Shown: positions 33,076 to 42,890, counted from the stretch's first letter. The stretch is 64,000 nt of DNA from an uncultured Acidobacteriota bacterium (GCA_963713825.1 CAVQNG010000003.1:544001-608000), one strand, 5' to 3'. Program-made: numbers and translations. The notes: generated by a model not told the origin, from the letters alone.

Positions 33076-33891
33076 CTACTCTTCGGCGGCCTGTCCCGGC
33101 TTAACCGCCTCGAACTTCACCTGATAGACCGTCATGACGCTGGTCTTCTTGTCAGGCTGAAACCAGACCGCTGCGGCCTCTCCCGTCTCGCTAGTCGGGT
33201 AGAACCAGGCAGTGACGCCCTTGTCTTCGTACTTCCGAACGTTGTGCAGGTTGGCCTGACCGAGCAGCTGACGAATGTCGGCTTCCGTCATTCCCTTCTT
33301 CACCTGCGAGAAGCGCTCCGCTGACATGTAGCGGTTGGTCTCTGCCTCTGCCAGGGCGGCCTGCAGATTGGCGTTGTCCGGATCGAACATCAGGGCGGTG
33401 TTGTAGATCTCGATCGCTCGCTTGTAGTCGCCACCCTTCACGATCCACTCTTGAGCGAGAACGATGTCCTCGTCACTCTTCATCGCCAGCAGCGCCAATT
33501 GCCTTTCGGACGGGGGCTCGCCTTCGATCATGGGATCGGCGTTCAGAAGGCCGACCAGCCGCCCTGTGTACTCTTCCGTCAGGGCCGCTACCTCGTCCTC
33601 CAACTCTGCCAGCCGAGCCACCGGATCTTCGACAGGCTCCATTGCCTCACCCTCGACCTCTTCCGCCGCTTCCTCTTCGGCCACTTCCTGCGTCGCCGCC
33701 AGGGCCACGGCCTCTTGCAGATCGGCAAGCTCCTGCCGCTTGGCGCTGAGCTCCTGCTGTGTCTCTTGCAACCAGGTCCATTCTGCCTCGTTTGCCAACT
33801 CCTGCTCTGAAGGACCGCCGCCGCCACAACCGGTGGCTACGAGTGCGAGCAGAACTGCGGCAATCAGCAGGCCGTTACGGGTCCCAAACAT
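33076..33891 (-). CDS. Lipoprotein with coiled coil, TPR-like and BamE/SmpA-like domains
   Basis: Lipobox ATGC; GDYKRAIEIYNTAL..DPDN TPR; FSQVKKGMTEADIRQLLG. Confidence 0.75.
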   Translation of the reverse strand: MFGTRNGLLIAAVLLALVATGCGGGGPSEQELANEAEWTWLQETQQELSAKRQELADLQEAVALAATQEVAEEEAAEEVEGEAMEPVEDPVARLAELEDEVAALTEEYTGRLVGLLNADPMIEGEPPSERQLALLAMKSDEDIVLAQEWIVKGGDYKRAIEIYNTALMFDPDNANLQAALAEAETNRYMSAERFSQVKKGMTEADIRQLLGQANLHNVRKYEDKGVTAWFYPTSETGEAAAVWFQPDKKTSVMTVYQVKFEAVKPGQAAEE

Positions 33892-34134
33892 GATCCGTCC
33901 TCCTATCGAGTGCACTCGAGTGCACGGAATTCGAAGGTACCACAGGCCCCTGGCTCCCACAAGCTCGAAACAGCCTGAAGCAAGCCACGCGACCACTGCG
34001 TTACGACTATCCTAAACCTCTCATCCTCAAGGAGTTTGGTGGTGTGTTACCTTGACACCGCCAACACGGCCAAGCATACAATAGGCGTCTACGAAAAAAC
34101 CGTTTTCGACTTCGAAATTTGCTGGAGGATCCGC

Positions 34135-35985
34135 ATGTCTTCGCAGGAGTCTTTTGACGAACTCGAGCCCAAGATCATGGGCCTCGTAGAAGAGGCTATC
34201 CGAGAGGTCAAAGAGGAGTACCTGCGGCGCCTGCAGGACACTCGAAACGTGATCGATGAACTCCTCGGCGAGGCGGAGGAGGCCATGGAAGCGGGCGCCG
34301 TAGCTGAGGCCGATATCGCCGCTGTCGTCGCACCCGAGCCGGTCGAGCTTCCGGAACCCCCGAAACACTACCTGCCCGACCTGCATACAGCGGTGACCAA
34401 TCTGGACCGTTGTCGGACCCAGGACGAGATTCTCTCGAGCCTGGTGGCGAGCGCCGGTTCCTTTGCGTCCCGTGCCGCCCTGTTCCTGACTCGCGAAGAC
34501 GGGCTCCAAGGTTGGAGCAGTCACGGTTTTGCAGCGGGAGACGAGGCTTTCGAGTCTCTCATCCTCGAATACGACGAAGGTTCCCCTTGGGGTCGCCTTT
34601 CCGAAGGACGCGGGGTCATCGAACTCGATGCTGACGAATGCACGGAGCTCTGTAGCCGCATCGACAACAGTAGTCCTGTCAATGGCGCCCTCGTTCCAAT
34701 CGTTCTCAGAGATCACCTTGCAGTGGCTCTCTACGCCGACCAGGACGAAGAGGACGACACGATCGGTCTCTTTGCACTGCAGCTGCTGGCCTATGTAGCA
34801 GCCCAGGCGCTGGAGACTCTGCCACTTCGCGAGCGTTCTTCCACCGCGACCCTTCGACTCGCGACTGAAGCGCCGTACGGAGAGCCTGTCCTCTCCCTGT
34901 GGCAGTTCGTCGCTCCGCAGGCGGACGTCTCGATCGTGGAAGAGATCGAGGCGGCAGCGGAACCTGCCATCGAGGAAGAGGCCGAAGATCTCTATGCCGC
35001 AGAACCGGTCGAGGAGGTCGAGGAAGCCTACGAAGAAGAAGTCGCTGAGGTCGTCGATTTCGACGCAGTCGAGGACGAGGTCGAGGTGACCGAAGAGGCG
35101 CCTGAGGAGACCGCAGAAGCTGTCGCCTTCGAAGAGGTCGAGGAAGCTTACGAGGAAGACGTCGAGGAGGCCGTCGACTTCGAAGAAGCCGCGGTGGCCG
35201 CAGAAGCACCGGAGGTGACCGCAGAGGCTGTCGCCTTCGAAGAGGTCGAGGAAGCTTACGAGGAAGAGGTCGCTGAGGAGGAGGCGGAAGCGGCTGAAGC
35301 CACTGACCTCGAAGAGGCGGAGGAGGCAGAAGCCGAGACGGCCGAGGAAGCGCTCGAAGAAGCGGTGGCCGAAGACGAAGCGGAATTGGCAGAGGCTGTC
35401 GACCTCGAAGAGGCGGAGCAAGCCTACGAAGAAGAGGTCGCTCGAGACGAGGTGGAGATTGCTACCGAAGCCGACCTACAGCCTGCCGAGGACACCGGAT
35501 TCGAAGTCGAGCCGGCGGCCGAGCAGGAATGGGACACGCCCGCAGAGCACGAAGAAGTGCCTGCCATGGAAACCGCCAGCGATGAGATCGAGGCGCCACC
35601 CATGGAACCTGAGGTCGCAACCGAACCAGCCCCGGCAGTCGCCATCGACGGGGCTGAGATCAGTCCTCCCGAAGACGCTCAGGGACCGGGCTGGGCCTTC
35701 ACCACCAACCGATTCAGCGCTGACAATGCCGGTGAGGCTGTGCATGAGGAAGCACGTCGACTGGCCCGCCTGCTAGTGACCGAGATCAAGCTCTACAACG
35801 AAGAGCAGGTGGAAGCTGGAAGGCGCAATCGCAACATCTACGAGGTCCTTCGCGAAGACATCGACCGGTCGCGTCAGATCTATGAAGAGAGAATCGACGA
35901 CACCGTCCGCACTGAAGCCGACTACTTCCACGACGAGTTGGTGAGGATTCTCGCTGCCGGCGAGTCGGAAATCCTGGGCCTGTGA
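34135..35985 (+). CDS. Hypothetical protein: GAF-like domain, long Glu/Ala-rich linker, helical C-terminal domain
   Basis: GGAGG RBS; LVPIVLRDHLAVALYAD; acidic repeats; ARRLARLLVTEIKLYN. Confidence 0.8.
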   Translation: MSSQESFDELEPKIMGLVEEAIREVKEEYLRRLQDTRNVIDELLGEAEEAMEAGAVAEADIAAVVAPEPVELPEPPKHYLPDLHTAVTNLDRCRTQDEILSSLVASAGSFASRAALFLTREDGLQGWSSHGFAAGDEAFESLILEYDEGSPWGRLSEGRGVIELDADECTELCSRIDNSSPVNGALVPIVLRDHLAVALYADQDEEDDTIGLFALQLLAYVAAQALETLPLRERSSTATLRLATEAPYGEPVLSLWQFVAPQADVSIVEEIEAAAEPAIEEEAEDLYAAEPVEEVEEAYEEEVAEVVDFDAVEDEVEVTEEAPEETAEAVAFEEVEEAYEEDVEEAVDFEEAAVAAEAPEVTAEAVAFEEVEEAYEEEVAEEEAEAAEATDLEEAEEAEAETAEEALEEAVAEDEAELAEAVDLEEAEQAYEEEVARDEVEIATEADLQPAEDTGFEVEPAAEQEWDTPAEHEEVPAMETASDEIEAPPMEPEVATEPAPAVAIDGAEISPPEDAQGPGWAFTTNRFSADNAGEAVHEEARRLARLLVTEIKLYNEEQVEAGRRNRNIYEVLREDIDRSRQIYEERIDDTVRTEADYFHDELVRILAAGESEILGL

Positions 35986-36082
35986 GGCGAGGGTCCGCCC
36001 CAGCAGCACGACCCTCGTCACTCTGCGCCTGTCTCGAACTTCACATTCTGCGCCCTGGGTGTAGGCGTACAATTCAGCTGAA

Positions 36083-38317
36083 GTGAAGCTCCGCGCTCAG
36101 CTGCGGTGGGTGCTTCTGCTCGCCGCCATCTCTGTTTCGGCCGCCCTGGTCCGGGAGTCCCCTCGCGCCTCCACCGGGACAATCAAGCCGACCCCTCCCA
36201 AGCGGCTGGAGCTTCGCATCGACCCCCTCTCTCCAGCTTATGAAGCAGCGGCGGAAGCGCATCGACAGCAAGACTTCAACGCTGCTAGTCAGATCCTCTC
36301 GCCCCTCCTCGAGGGCCAATCTTCCACCAAGCTCGCCAGTCTCGTTCTCGGTTTCTATGCCTATACCAGCGATGAGATACAACTGGCGCGTCAGTACCTC
36401 GACACCGCCAGAGACCCTGATGGGATCTTCGAGGATTGGCGCCTTCTCGTCGTGGCGGACACGGCGCTGGCCAATGAAGACTGGTCTGTGGCGGATACGG
36501 CGCTCGAAACGCTACTGAGCCGGCATCCAGCCTCGCCCATCCGAGCTCACGCCGCCGTTCGGTGGGTCGAACTGGCTCGAGCGCAAGAGGAATGGACAAC
36601 CGCGCTCGAGCGCATCGAGCTTCTTCGTCGGCAAACCCTCCCTCCCAGCGCACTGCGAGAGATCGAGATCGCAGCCTGGGAGATCGGCGAGACTGCCGGA
36701 CAAACCAAGCTGCGTTCGAGCGCGGCGCGCCGACTTCTCGTCGCCTTTCCCATCGACGCCTCCAAGCTCGAAGTCATTGAAGTCTTCCGCTATCCGAACG
36801 GCGACCTCCACTGGGAGGAGATCCTCTCCGACAACGAGCTCATGCAGCGGGCCAGGAACCTGCTGGCTGTCCGCTTGGAGGAGTCGGCGCTAGAGATGAT
36901 CAACCAGGTCTCCGAGGAGGGTCGAACCGACGCCTGGACCCTGCTCCGAGCGGAAGCTCTCACCGCGAATCACCAGGGAGTCGAGGCGCTCTCCGCGCTC
37001 AAAGAGCTGAACCCGGCGGAGGCGGCATTCAAAGCCGAAGTCGCTTGGCAAAGGGCACTCGCCGCCCTGGATGGCGCCGCCGCCAGGCGCGGCAGAACCA
37101 ACTTGCCCCAGTCGCAGCGGCAGCAGCTGCACAGTCTGGCTCTCGGCTACCTCGAGCTGGTCGTCGAGTTGGACCACGACCGCGACCAGGCCGTGGCGGC
37201 CCTCAACCGGATCTTCCGAGAGCTGGCGGATGAAGAAGAGAACTTCGACGAAACACTCCTGACCCTCCGGCGCCTGCGCCAGATGGTACCGACCGACACC
37301 TCTGGTGCCAAGCATCTCTGGCAACTTGGTTGGAGAGACTTCGAAGACAGGAACTACAGCGGTGCCATCGGCCTGTGGGGCGAGCTTGCCGGCCTCTATC
37401 CGGAGAGCCGCTACTCTCGAAGCGGGCACTACTGGTCCGGCCGCTCCTATGAAGCTCTCGGGCAGGCTCAACGCGCCACCTCCATTTATCAGCAGATCAC
37501 CGCTGCGGCCAGTACCGACTACTATCGGCAGCATGCTCTGGCCCGGCTGGAGAAGACCGGCTACGAGCCCGATCCAGCTCCTGCGCTGCCGATCTCGGCC
37601 TGGCCCCAGGATCCGATCCTGGCCAGGGCCGGCTGGCTTCACGAACTCGGCCTCGACGACTTTGCACTCCTGGAGCTCGAAGGGCTGGAAGGCAAGGCCG
37701 AAAGACGAGCGCACTGTGGTCTCGAAGCCAAAGTCCTGGCTGGCCTGGGTCGCCGACGAGACAGCATCCAATCGCTCGCCTGCGCGTTTCCTGCCCTCGG
37801 TAAGTCCCACCAGTCGTCGGTACCCGAAGATGCTCTTCGGCTCTACTATCCGCTGGATTTCAGTGAGGTGATCACGCGGCGGGCACAAGAGCGGGATCTT
37901 GCTCCCCACCTGGTGTTCGCCATGATTCGACAGGAAAGCGCCTTCGACATGTCTGCCAGGAGCTGGGCGGGAGCCCGCGGTCTGATGCAAATGATGCCGG
38001 CCACCGGCCGCGAGCTGGCTGGCCGCCTGGGCCTGAGTTACTCGAGTGACCGACTCTCCGACCCGGACTACAACATCCGCCTCGGGACCCTCTACATCCG
38101 CCAGGTCCTGGATATGTTCGACGGCAACGTGGAGCTGGCACTGGCCGGATACAACGGCGGTCCATATCGCATCAAGCGCCTGTGGCGCCAGGCTGGCACC
38201 AACCCGGAGCTCGACCGCTTCGTGGAGGGTCTCTCACTCGAGGAAACCAAGACCTACGTCAAGCGAATCGTGCTGTTCAGCAACAGCTACCGACATCTCT
38301 ACCATCAGCCTGGTTGA
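36083..38317 (+). CDS. Soluble lytic transglycosylase with TPR-like region
   Basis: IRQESAF, GARGLMQ, AGYNGG, ETKTYV. Confidence 0.92.
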   Translation: MKLRAQLRWVLLLAAISVSAALVRESPRASTGTIKPTPPKRLELRIDPLSPAYEAAAEAHRQQDFNAASQILSPLLEGQSSTKLASLVLGFYAYTSDEIQLARQYLDTARDPDGIFEDWRLLVVADTALANEDWSVADTALETLLSRHPASPIRAHAAVRWVELARAQEEWTTALERIELLRRQTLPPSALREIEIAAWEIGETAGQTKLRSSAARRLLVAFPIDASKLEVIEVFRYPNGDLHWEEILSDNELMQRARNLLAVRLEESALEMINQVSEEGRTDAWTLLRAEALTANHQGVEALSALKELNPAEAAFKAEVAWQRALAALDGAAARRGRTNLPQSQRQQLHSLALGYLELVVELDHDRDQAVAALNRIFRELADEEENFDETLLTLRRLRQMVPTDTSGAKHLWQLGWRDFEDRNYSGAIGLWGELAGLYPESRYSRSGHYWSGRSYEALGQAQRATSIYQQITAAASTDYYRQHALARLEKTGYEPDPAPALPISAWPQDPILARAGWLHELGLDDFALLELEGLEGKAERRAHCGLEAKVLAGLGRRRDSIQSLACAFPALGKSHQSSVPEDALRLYYPLDFSEVITRRAQERDLAPHLVFAMIRQESAFDMSARSWAGARGLMQMMPATGRELAGRLGLSYSSDRLSDPDYNIRLGTLYIRQVLDMFDGNVELALAGYNGGPYRIKRLWRQAGTNPELDRFVEGLSLEETKTYVKRIVLFSNSYRHLYHQPG

Positions 38318-38422
38318 GCCCTCCGTTCAGGCGAGATTCTCGCCTCCACAGCCCCTCCTACGACTCGGTTCTAGCCCCGGCAGGAGTGCTATACTTTTCC
38401 TCCCCAGCTTCTGGGGAAATGG

Positions 38423-38495
38423 GGGTCCATAGCTCAGCGGTTAGAGCATCCGGCTCATAACCGGCAGGTCCCTGGTTCGAATCCAGGTGGGCCCA
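38423..38495 (+). tRNA. tRNA with CAT anticodon, probably tRNA-Ile2 (lysidine); CCA not encoded
   Basis: GGGTCCATAGCTCAGCGGTTAGAGC..GGCTCATAACC..GGTTCGAATCC..TGGGCCCA; paired G1-C72 argues against initiator; TGcTATACT extended -10 upstream. Confidence 0.88.
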
Positions 38496-38604
38496 TGAAG
38501 TGTGGAAACCGAGGTTTCATTGCAGGGAGATCAACAGCTGACGCGGTGCCGTAGCGACCGCTTGCCCACCGCCAGACGATCTTCAATGCCATCAGGCATG
38601 CGCA

Positions 38605-38637
38605 GGGGGTGTCCTTCGGAGGGACACCCCTTTTCTT
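38605..38637 (+). terminator. Intrinsic terminator downstream of the tRNA
   Basis: GGGGTGTCC-loop-GGACACCCC-TTTTCTT. Confidence 0.8.
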
Positions 38638-38724
38638 ATCTTCCACCCGAACGGCCCCGAAAGGTCTGCGCCGACTGGGCGGTGGAAGAGTCTCTTTTCG
38701 AATTCGTGGGGGAAACAAGGGTCC

Positions 38725-39459
38725 ATGGGTGACGAGCTCAAGATCATCGTCGAGCTGCAAGGTGCGATCGACGAACTGAAGGCGGCGGAAGACCTCCTCG
38801 CCGGCATCCCGGACTGGATGCAGGAGTTGCACGAGGAGCACAGTCGGCAGCAGGCCGAAATGGACGGACTCCGGGCTGCACTGGAGGAGGCCGAGCAGGC
38901 CAAACGGCTAGCCGACACAGAGATCAGTGACCTGCAGACCAAGGTCAAGCATTTCCAAGAGCAGATCGGCATGGTCCGTAACCAGCGTGAGTACGGTGCC
39001 CTGCTGCAGGAAATCGACACTGCCAAGGAACAGATCAGCGGCACTGAGGAGCGGGACCTGGCGGCTATGGAGCAGGGCGACGAAGCCCAACGGTTGCTGG
39101 ACGAGCGCAAAGACGCATTTCAGGAGCTCGATGATCGCTACCAGCAGGAGCTCCAGAAATGGGAGGGGCAAAAGCCCGAGGTGGCCCGCAGAGCGGAAGA
39201 GCTCCGCCAGCAAGTGGCAGAGCTCGAGGGGAAGGTGCCGAAGGCAATCCTCGCCGTCTTCGAGCGCACTCGCCTGCGCTTTGGCGGCAACGCGATGGCC
39301 CTGGTCATGGAAGTGGAACGTAAGGGACCCCGCATCTGGCACTGCGGCGCCTGCAACTACCGTGTCCGCCCCCAGACCGTCGTCTCGATCCAGGCTGAGA
39401 ACATCGAGACCTGTGACAGCTGCAGACGCATTCTCCACATCGAAGGTGATGTCGGTTGA
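38725..39459 (+). CDS. Coiled-coil C4-type zinc ribbon protein (DUF164-like)
   Basis: Long coiled coil, RNQREYGAL, CGAC..CDSCRRIL. Confidence 0.88.
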   Translation: MGDELKIIVELQGAIDELKAAEDLLAGIPDWMQELHEEHSRQQAEMDGLRAALEEAEQAKRLADTEISDLQTKVKHFQEQIGMVRNQREYGALLQEIDTAKEQISGTEERDLAAMEQGDEAQRLLDERKDAFQELDDRYQQELQKWEGQKPEVARRAEELRQQVAELEGKVPKAILAVFERTRLRFGGNAMALVMEVERKGPRIWHCGACNYRVRPQTVVSIQAENIETCDSCRRILHIEGDVG

Positions 39460-39908
39460 CCTCTCCTGCAACGCCGAGTGGCCGTGCCTGGATCGATGGC
39501 GCGTCCCGGGGGAATCCTGGCGACGCCGGATTCGGAGTCTTCCTCGAGACGGATCGAACGCCTGAGGAGATCGTTGGATATCTAGGCAAAGCCACGAACA
39601 ATGTGGCCGAGTATGCGGCGCTGATCGCCGTCCTCACACTGGCCGCTGATCGGGGGATGAAGAAGCTCGTCGTCTACAGCGATAGCCAACTTCTCGTGCG
39701 GCAGGTCAGCGGTGCCTATCGAGTCAAGGCACCTCACCTGGTGCCCATTTTTCTGCAGGCGCTGAAGCTTCGACAGACGATCCCCGATTTCACCATCGAG
39801 CACGTGGCCCGCGAAGAAAACAAAGAGGCCGACCGCTTGGCCAATCAGGCGATCGATCAGCGAGCCGAGCTGCCTTCCTGGTTGGAGTTTGAAGTTCCGA
39901 TCCAATGA
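39456..39908 (+). CDS. rnhA: Ribonuclease HI
   Basis: DGASRGNPG, TNNVAEY, DSQL, NKEADRLAN. Confidence 0.92.
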   Translation: MTSPATPSGRAWIDGASRGNPGDAGFGVFLETDRTPEEIVGYLGKATNNVAEYAALIAVLTLAADRGMKKLVVYSDSQLLVRQVSGAYRVKAPHLVPIFLQALKLRQTIPDFTIEHVAREENKEADRLANQAIDQRAELPSWLEFEVPIQ

Positions 39909-40612
39909 CAACTGTACCCACCGTCGCCGACCGTGTCCGTGGCATTCGCCAGCGCATCGCTGCAGCCTGCGATCGCTGTGGCCGAGACCCCGCGGAAGTG
40001 ACTCTGCTGGGCGCCAGCAAGAGCCAGCCTCTAGAACGCATGCAAGAGGCCTGGGCCGCGGGAGTCGAGGTCTTTGGAGAGAACCGGGTCCAGGAGGCCC
40101 TGGCCAAGATGCCCAGTCTCCCAGCCGGAATCGATTGGCATCTGATCGGACCGCTGCAGACCAACAAGGTCAAGAAAGTCGTGCCGCGATTCTCGACTGT
40201 CCACGCCATCGACCGGATCAAGCTGGCCCATGCCCTCGACAAGGAGGCCCAAAGGTCAGAGCGCACCATCGACGGTTTCCTCGAAGTGAATCTCGGTGGT
40301 GAAGAGACCAAGCACGGCTTTCAGCCCGACGATGTGGTGAACGCAGCCGAGCAACTCGCCGCCTTGCAGTCCGTGCGCCTGGTCGGTCTCATGGCAATTC
40401 CGCCAGTCGAGAGCGAAGAAGCGGCGATTCGCGGCTGGTTTCGACAATTGCGAAGTCTTCGCGACGCTCTGCGCCCAGGGCTCGGCTGGCAGGAATCGGA
40501 CGGCTACCTCTCCATGGGCATGAGTCAGGACTTCGAGGTCGCCATCGAAGAAGGTGCGACCCATGTGAGAATCGGCACGGCCCTGTTCGGTCCTCGCGAG
40601 ATGCGACCGTAG
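39905..40612 (+). CDS. yggS: YggS family PLP homeostasis protein
   Basis: GASK, FGENRVQE, WHLIGPLQTNK, SMGMSQD, VRIGTALFG. Confidence 0.95.
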   Translation: MTTVPTVADRVRGIRQRIAAACDRCGRDPAEVTLLGASKSQPLERMQEAWAAGVEVFGENRVQEALAKMPSLPAGIDWHLIGPLQTNKVKKVVPRFSTVHAIDRIKLAHALDKEAQRSERTIDGFLEVNLGGEETKHGFQPDDVVNAAEQLAALQSVRLVGLMAIPPVESEEAAIRGWFRQLRSLRDALRPGLGWQESDGYLSMGMSQDFEVAIEEGATHVRIGTALFGPREMRP

Positions 40613-40654
40613 CCGCCCGCAGATCCCCGGAGTTCATCGACCCCTCTGGACCTC

Positions 40655-40957
40655 ATGCCGAAGTCAGTTCCGCTCGCTGCAACGACCCGCAGACTCCTGG
40701 CGCACTACAGCGAGAGCAGCGTAGAGCTCCCACAACACCAGGCCTTCTTGATCGGCCGTCTCTTCGAGGAAGGCGATACTCCAGATCTCCGTTGGCTGAC
40801 AGACAACGTCAGCGAAGAGGAGCTCTCGGGCTGGCTTCGGACGTACGGAGGTCGCTCCCTCTCGCAACGCTCGCTGGCCTTCTGGGCGACCCTGCTGAGA
40901 GATCCACAAGCCATCGCCGACCGGCCCGCAGCCAATGAGGACCTATGGCCCCTTTGA
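40655..40957 (+). CDS. Small putative antitoxin partner (DUF6922-like)
   Basis: FLIGRLFEEGD..LRWL, LSQRSLAFW; overlaps the downstream nucleotidyltransferase gene. Confidence 0.65.
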   Translation: MPKSVPLAATTRRLLAHYSESSVELPQHQAFLIGRLFEEGDTPDLRWLTDNVSEEELSGWLRTYGGRSLSQRSLAFWATLLRDPQAIADRPAANEDLWPL

Positions 40958-41622
40958 CAATTCGCCATCCCGAGAGCCTGTCACCCAAGAGCACGGCTCT
41001 TCTTTCTGAACTGGCAAGTCTCGAGTGGGCCACGGAGACTTATCTGGCAGGCTCGGCAGCCCTCGCTCTCTACTTGGGACATCGTCCCGTTCGCGACCTC
41101 GATCTCATGAGCCCTGTGCTGCGGCTGCGCGCCGTCGACCGGCGCGACATCCTGCAGGACCTGCTGAGTGTGGATCAAGCCTGCCGAGTGGAAACGGCTC
41201 GCGATGGGTTCCTCTACGCCCGGATGAGCGGAGAAGTCGCCCTCAGGCTCTTCTACTACCCCTACCCACAAGTCGACGCCGTAACCGAGCACCAGGGACT
41301 CACGGTGGCTTCACCCATCGATCTCGGACTCATGAAGCTGGGGGCCATCATCAGTCGCGGCACTTGTCGGGATTTCGTCGACCTTTATCTACTCTGCCAG
41401 AACCTTCCCTTGGCAGAGCTGCTGGAGGCGTCGGTCCACAAATTCGGACATGTGAGGGATTTCCCCATCCAGGCCCTCAAAGGACTCAGTGACCTCTCGC
41501 AGACGACAGGTGAGCCCATGCCTATCCTGTCCAGGCCTGTTGATTGGGAGGATGTGGTTGCCTGGACGAGAGAGCAAGTCGAGACCCTGGGCCGCGAACG
41601 CATAGGATTGGAACTGCCATGA
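40945..41622 (+). CDS. AbiEii/AbiGii-like nucleotidyltransferase (type IV TA toxin-like)
   Basis: YLAGSAALAL..HRPVRDLD, MKLGAIISRG..RDFVDLY. Confidence 0.82.
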   Translation: MAPLTIRHPESLSPKSTALLSELASLEWATETYLAGSAALALYLGHRPVRDLDLMSPVLRLRAVDRRDILQDLLSVDQACRVETARDGFLYARMSGEVALRLFYYPYPQVDAVTEHQGLTVASPIDLGLMKLGAIISRGTCRDFVDLYLLCQNLPLAELLEASVHKFGHVRDFPIQALKGLSDLSQTTGEPMPILSRPVDWEDVVAWTREQVETLGRERIGLELP

Positions 41623-42890
41623 GCGAACTGTTGATCACCAACCTGTCCGAAATCGCCACACCGATTGGTAACGAGGCTCTGACCGGAGTCGATCAAGGCA
41701 AGGTTCGTCGCTTGTCAGGGGTCGAAGTCTTGTGCCGAGACGAAGAGATCGCAGGCGTCGGGACGAGGGACGAGATCGAGCGCCAAATGGGCTCCCTGGA
41801 GGCGGTCGAGCGACTCGATGCCGATGGCGGCACCCTGGTGCCGGGGTTCGTGGACCCGCACACCCACCTGCCCTGGGCGGGCAGTCGCGAGGCAGAGTTC
41901 GCTCAGCGCCTGGCGGGTAAGACCTACATGGAGATCGCCGCCGAGGGCGGGGGAATACTGTCCACCGTGCGCGCCACGCGTGAGGCTTCGGAACCGGACC
42001 TCGCCGAGAGAGTCCTGGATCGCCTCGACCTGATGCTCACCCATGGCACGACTACCGCCGAGGCCAAGAGTGGCTACGGTCTGACCCTCGACGACGAGTT
42101 GAAGCAACTGCGGGCAATCCGCCACGCCTCCGAGGAGCATCCGGTCGACCTGATACCGACGCTTCTCGCGGCTCATGAGACTCCGCCCGAGTATCGCCAA
42201 CAGAGGGACCGCTATCTCGACATCGTCTGCCAGGAGATCATCCCCGCCACCTCCGAGGCTGGGCTCGCCCAGTTCTGCGATGTCTTCTGTGAGGAGGGCG
42301 TCTTCACGGCCGAGGAATCCCACCGCGTGCTGACAGCCGGTGCAGAGAATGGCCTGGCCCCGAGACTTCACGCCGACGAGTTTGTCGACTCAGGCGGCGC
42401 CGAGTTGGCGGCCGAGCTCAAGGCCCTGTCGGCCGATCACCTCACCGCAGTCTCTCCGGCCGGCGTCGAGGCGATGGCAGCCACCGGCGTTACGGCGGTT
42501 CTGCTGCCGGGAACCAGCTTCTTCCTCATGAAGCACAAATACGCACCGGCTCGTAGACTCCTCGAGGCGGGCGTGCCGATTGCCCTGGCCACCGACTGTA
42601 ATCCGGGATCCTCCTTCACCGAGTCGGTGCCGATGGTCTTCGTACTGGCGGTTTACGAGTTGGGGCTATCGATCGAAGAGGCCTTGACCGCGGCGACACT
42701 GAATGCCGCCTGCTGCCTGGACCTCGGTGAGCGCATCGGATCGATCGAAGTCGGCAAGCAGGCCGACCTGGTAGTTCTCGCCGCACCGAACCTGCTGCAC
42801 CTCGCCTACCACTACGGCATCAACCTGGTGAGCGCCGTCGTCAAGAGCGGCAAAGTCGTGCATCAGGCCAGCAACTACAAGCACCTATAA
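41619..42890 (+). CDS. hutI: Imidazolonepropionase
   Basis: PGFVDPHTH, EAKSGYGL, DVFCE, HADE, ATDCNPGSS. Confidence 0.95.
   Translation: MSELLITNLSEIATPIGNEALTGVDQGKVRRLSGVEVLCRDEEIAGVGTRDEIERQMGSLEAVERLDADGGTLVPGFVDPHTHLPWAGSREAEFAQRLAGKTYMEIAAEGGGILSTVRATREASEPDLAERVLDRLDLMLTHGTTTAEAKSGYGLTLDDELKQLRAIRHASEEHPVDLIPTLLAAHETPPEYRQQRDRYLDIVCQEIIPATSEAGLAQFCDVFCEEGVFTAEESHRVLTAGAENGLAPRLHADEFVDSGGAELAAELKALSADHLTAVSPAGVEAMAATGVTAVLLPGTSFFLMKHKYAPARRLLEAGVPIALATDCNPGSSFTESVPMVFVLAVYELGLSIEEALTAATLNAACCLDLGERIGSIEVGKQADLVVLAAPNLLHLAYHYGINLVSAVVKSGKVVHQASNYKHL

Noticed and set aside
34027-35421. 464-aa Phe/Leu-rich - strand ORF
   Set aside because: Antisense of the GAA/GAG-rich acidic gene; the composition is an artefact.
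38423-38495. Initiator tRNA-fMet, or an integration site
   Set aside because: It has a paired G1-C72 and lacks the GGG/CCC anticodon stem; no integrase or duplicated tRNA 3' end was seen.
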